From positions 25,854,001 through 25,918,000 of the forward strand of contig OZ024762.1 of assembly GCA_964016885.1 (NCBI GenBank): a DNA stretch of 64,000 nt, read 5' to 3'. A model generated the notes under the pieces. It had not been told where the DNA came from. It searched no databases and saw only the letters and a program-made list of their open reading frames with translations. The position numbers were made by a program, and so were the translations under genes. Positions 60,272 through 64,000 of this stretch are shown piece after piece; the stretch's first letter is position 1; each line of letters opens with the position of its first letter. The DNA is from Eledone cirrhosa (lineage: Eukaryota).

Positions 60272-60735
60272 TATTCATATGTTTATTTAAAGGTTAAACA
60301 AGGTTCAATGAATAAATCAAAGAATGAGTTTTACAATAGATTGGAAGCACTCAACTGTATTAGGTTTTCAGGAGTTATTAATATTAATTCAAAATATTAA
60401 CGAAATAGATATTCTTGTGATCAAGTATATTTTATTATACATATTTCAGAGGTACTGAGTTTCACTTCAACAGTACGTCCTCATCAGATAAAATAAGATG
60501 ATGCATGACATACCCTGACATAGTAGATGGTTAAGATTCAGTCATGAGTTTTATCATATATTACTCACTACCACGACTGAATCTTAACCATCTACTATGT
60601 CAGGGTATGTAATGCATCATCTTGTTTTATCTGATGAGGACGTACTGTTGAAGTTAACTCAGTACATCTGAAATATGTATAATAAAATATACTTGATCAC
60701 AAGAATATCTATTTTGTTAACAATTTTTTGAATTA
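60272..60735. mobile_element. Family D fold-back insertion with HHRs at 60430-60493 (-) and 60625-60687 (+)
   Basis: Arms ~60380-60545 / 60574-60735; ttttat CTGATGA ggacgtactg..cagtacatct GAAA tatgta TA ataaaa. Confidence 0.85.
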
Positions 60736-60976
60736 ATATATATATATTCATATGTATATATATAAACATATTTATATTTATATATATAAATATATATATA
60801 TGTGTGTATGCCTATATATATATATATGTATGTGTGAGTCTGTGTGTGCATATATATATATTCATATGTATATATATAAACATATTTATATTTATATATA
60901 TAAATATATATATATGTGTGTATGCCTATGTATATATATATGTATGTGTGAGTGTGTGTGTGCATATGTATATATA

Positions 60977-61013
<37 letters not shown>

Positions 61014-61194
61014 TATATGTGTGTGTGTGTGTGTGTATGGTATATGTATGTGAGTGAGAGTGTGTGTTTCTCCACAATCTATTACTTCTTTGATTCTACG
61101 TCACTTTGCACCTCAGCAAATATTTCGTGACAAATGAAATGTTTCTCTTCTATTGACAGAATTCTGCTTTTTTCTGAACTATATATATAGGTAT

Positions 61195-61278
<84 letters not shown>

Positions 61279-61410
61279 TATATACATATACATATATATA
61301 CACATGTATAGATATCAATACACACAGACACACACACACATATATATACATATATTTTATTATATTTATATATGTATGTATCTATATAGATATATATATA
61401 TCACGTATAC

Positions 61411-61459
<49 letters not shown>

Positions 61460-61492
61460 CACACAAATATATATATATATACATACACACAA

Positions 61493-61561
<69 letters not shown>

Positions 61562-61570
61562 TACATACAC

Positions 61571-61628
<58 letters not shown>

Positions 61629-61629
61629 G

Positions 61630-61698
<69 letters not shown>

Positions 61699-61767
61699 AG
61701 GGTTGTTCTGAAGATGTAGATATATAATGCGAAACCTCGTTTTGTTCTTTATATATATATATATATA

Positions 61768-61807
<40 letters not shown>

Positions 61808-61947
61808 TATGTGTGTGTATATAATTATATATATATAAATATATATGTGTGTGTATATAATTATATATATATATATATATATATAAATAATTATATATAG
61901 ATATATAAATAGATATCTATATATAAATATATCTATATCTATATATA

Positions 61948-62023
<76 letters not shown>

Positions 62024-62424
62024 GCGGGGTGTTTGTGTGTAAGTTTCTCATTTAATGATATAAGTTGATTCAATAATTTTTTATCTCCAGTTTGAAACAG
62101 ATTAATTCTCTCTATACTCCATCATAAATTGAATTTAAATACACTTCTTTAACAATATCATTATTATTGTCATCAGTATTGTCTTTATTATTATTATTGT
62201 CATCGGTATTGTCTTTATTATTATTATTGTTGTTGTAGTTTGAATTAATTAGATATTTTATTATTCTATTCATAATTTTTTCTTCTTACGTCAGAAATAC
62301 AAGTTTATAGCTCTGAGTATATGTATCTTTATACATGTAAATATATTCACACACGTTGGTACGTATGTAGCCCTCACCCTCAATGTGTGTGTATACAATA
62401 TACATACATACATACATACATACA

Positions 62425-62456
<32 letters not shown>

Positions 62457-62520
62457 CATACATACATATAAATATATATATATATATAAATTGTATTATA
62501 TTATATTATATTATATTATA

Positions 62521-62934
62521 TGATGGATTGGCAGTATCGGTAGTGGGTCGGACGTCATGCTTTGCAGCTTAGAGTTATAGCCCTTTACTCTCTGAGTTCA
62601 AATCCCGCCGAGGTTAACTTTGCCTTTCATCCTTACGGGGTCGATAAAATAAAGTACCAGTAACGTACTGTGGTCGATTTTATCGACTTCCCCTCCCCCC
62701 AAATTACTGGCCCTCTGCCTATACTAGAAATCATTATATTATATTAAAGGGTGGTGGATTGGCAGTATCGGTAGAGGGTCGGACGCCATGCTTTCCAGCA
62801 TAGTTACGTCCCTTTACGGTCTGAGTTCAAATCCAGCCGAGGTTAACTTTGCCTTTCATCCTTACGGGGGTCGATAAAATAAAGTACCAGTAATGCACTG
62901 GGATAATTGCTGGCCTTGTGACAAAAGTAGAAAT
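62521..62934 (+). mobile_element. Two tandem Meta-like SINEs (62521-62730, 62747-62934)
   Basis: A/B boxes and family core. Confidence 0.9.
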
Positions 62935-63137
62935 AATTATATTATATAGTGAGAGAGAGAGAGGGAGAGTGAGAGAGAGATGAATTTCTCTTAATGGCCT
63001 AAATATTCTTCAAGACATTTTAAGTTCAAGTTTGGGATTTGTATAAAGTATCTCTAGAACCTTCATAATTATCTTTGAGAAAGCTATCGTAATCCATGTC
63101 CTTCTAAAACAGTTTGGGTGGTCAGAGTGGAGAGTCT

Positions 63138-63452
63138 CTATGTGTGAGTCATAGACTTATGGACTAGCACTCTCCATCTCGTCATGTCTCTTACCATTGC
63201 CGTACATTCCGCCAAACCCCTTCCTGTCCATTTCTTAATATCATCTGTCCATCTCCTTTGCTGCTGACCCCTGGCCCTTTTCCCTTCTATTTCTCCCTCA
63301 TGGATGTGGGTTGTCAAATTTTGGGCCCTGATGACATGACGAAAATACTGAAGTTTCCTTTTCCTTACTGTTTCAACCAACTGTCTATTGGCACCAATCT
63401 CTTCCAGGACGGATTCATTTATTCTGTGATTATAAGTCCACACCTGTAGCAT
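63138..63452 (-). mobile_element. RTE-like LINE 3' fragment, second family
   Basis: W...INESVL..RKRKLQYF.HVIR..EG.IEGKRARG..RRWTDDIKKW. Confidence 0.85.
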
Positions 63453-63677
63453 GATATTTTAAATACAGTCAGTCGCTATATGTACACCTAAACATATTAG
63501 AAGGCGACGAATTAGTAGAGATTTTAAAACTTTGGATAGAATGCTTTGCAGTTTCCGTTCTGATTCTCTGCTCCGAGTATATACTGAAGTGTTCTTTTCC
63601 TTACTGTTTCGTTAATATCATCTGCCCATCTCTTTTCCTGCCGTTCCCTCACCCATTACATCAGACATCTATCTATC

Positions 63678-63986
63678 TAAGGCGGGTAAAATTCCCGAGA
63701 TCAATGGACGAGTTCTCTCCAGCGGTCTCTGTCCCTCATTATCGCTGCCATGTCCTGCGTCTCCAACAGACCAGTGTCTGACCTTAGGGAATCAACATAC
63801 GTCAACCTTGGTCTTCCTCTTCCAGTGTGTCCATGTAGGGGCTCCCAAAGGAGCACTGAGTGCAATGTCAACTCTGGATGTCGGTGAGCATGTCCAACTA
63901 ACCTCAGTCTCCTCTGTGTCACTTTTGAGCTGACTTTTGGGATGCTCCCATACAGCTCTGAGTTTTTCATCCTCAGTGTATACTGA
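63678..63986 (-). mobile_element. RTE LINE 3' fragment, same family as 35516-35978
   Basis: RRLRLVGH..LLWEPLHG..GRGRP..DRDRW; tail (TAGA)n. Confidence 0.9.
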
Positions 63987-64000
63987 CATATAAATAGAAA

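Noticed and set aside
61705-61750. CUGAAGA..GAAA ccucg UU motif between (TA)n tracts
   Set aside because: Helix I and stem II do not pair; at most a remnant

Overview
AT-rich eukaryotic DNA, saturated with (TA)n, (CA)n, (CT)n, (GGT)n and (ATT)n microsatellites. The SINE/LINE repertoire suggests a cephalopod (octopus-like) genome; that assignment is inference. I can support no host gene, and most ORFs in the track are microsatellite artefacts. The window holds decayed retroelements: Penelope-like elements (PLEs) of about three types (RT plus C-terminal GIY-YIG), CRE-like, RTE and L1/Tx1 fragments, two tRNA-derived SINE families and MITEs. The main hidden structure is about 30 type I hammerhead ribozyme (HHR) motifs from at least 10 families, found by eye. 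Most sit in head-to-head fold-back insertions with one polarity: left arm minus, right arm plus, both 3' ends facing (TA)n. The best single candidate is a 4.2 x 310-bp apparently identical tandem array (5229-6530) with one HHR per monomer, resembling a non-LTR retrozyme (circular-RNA retroelement). It has a decayed relative at about 12.0-12.6 kb, and an unrelated 525-bp HHR tandem lies at 2.9-3.8 kb. Folds were assigned manually and no ribozyme activity is shown.
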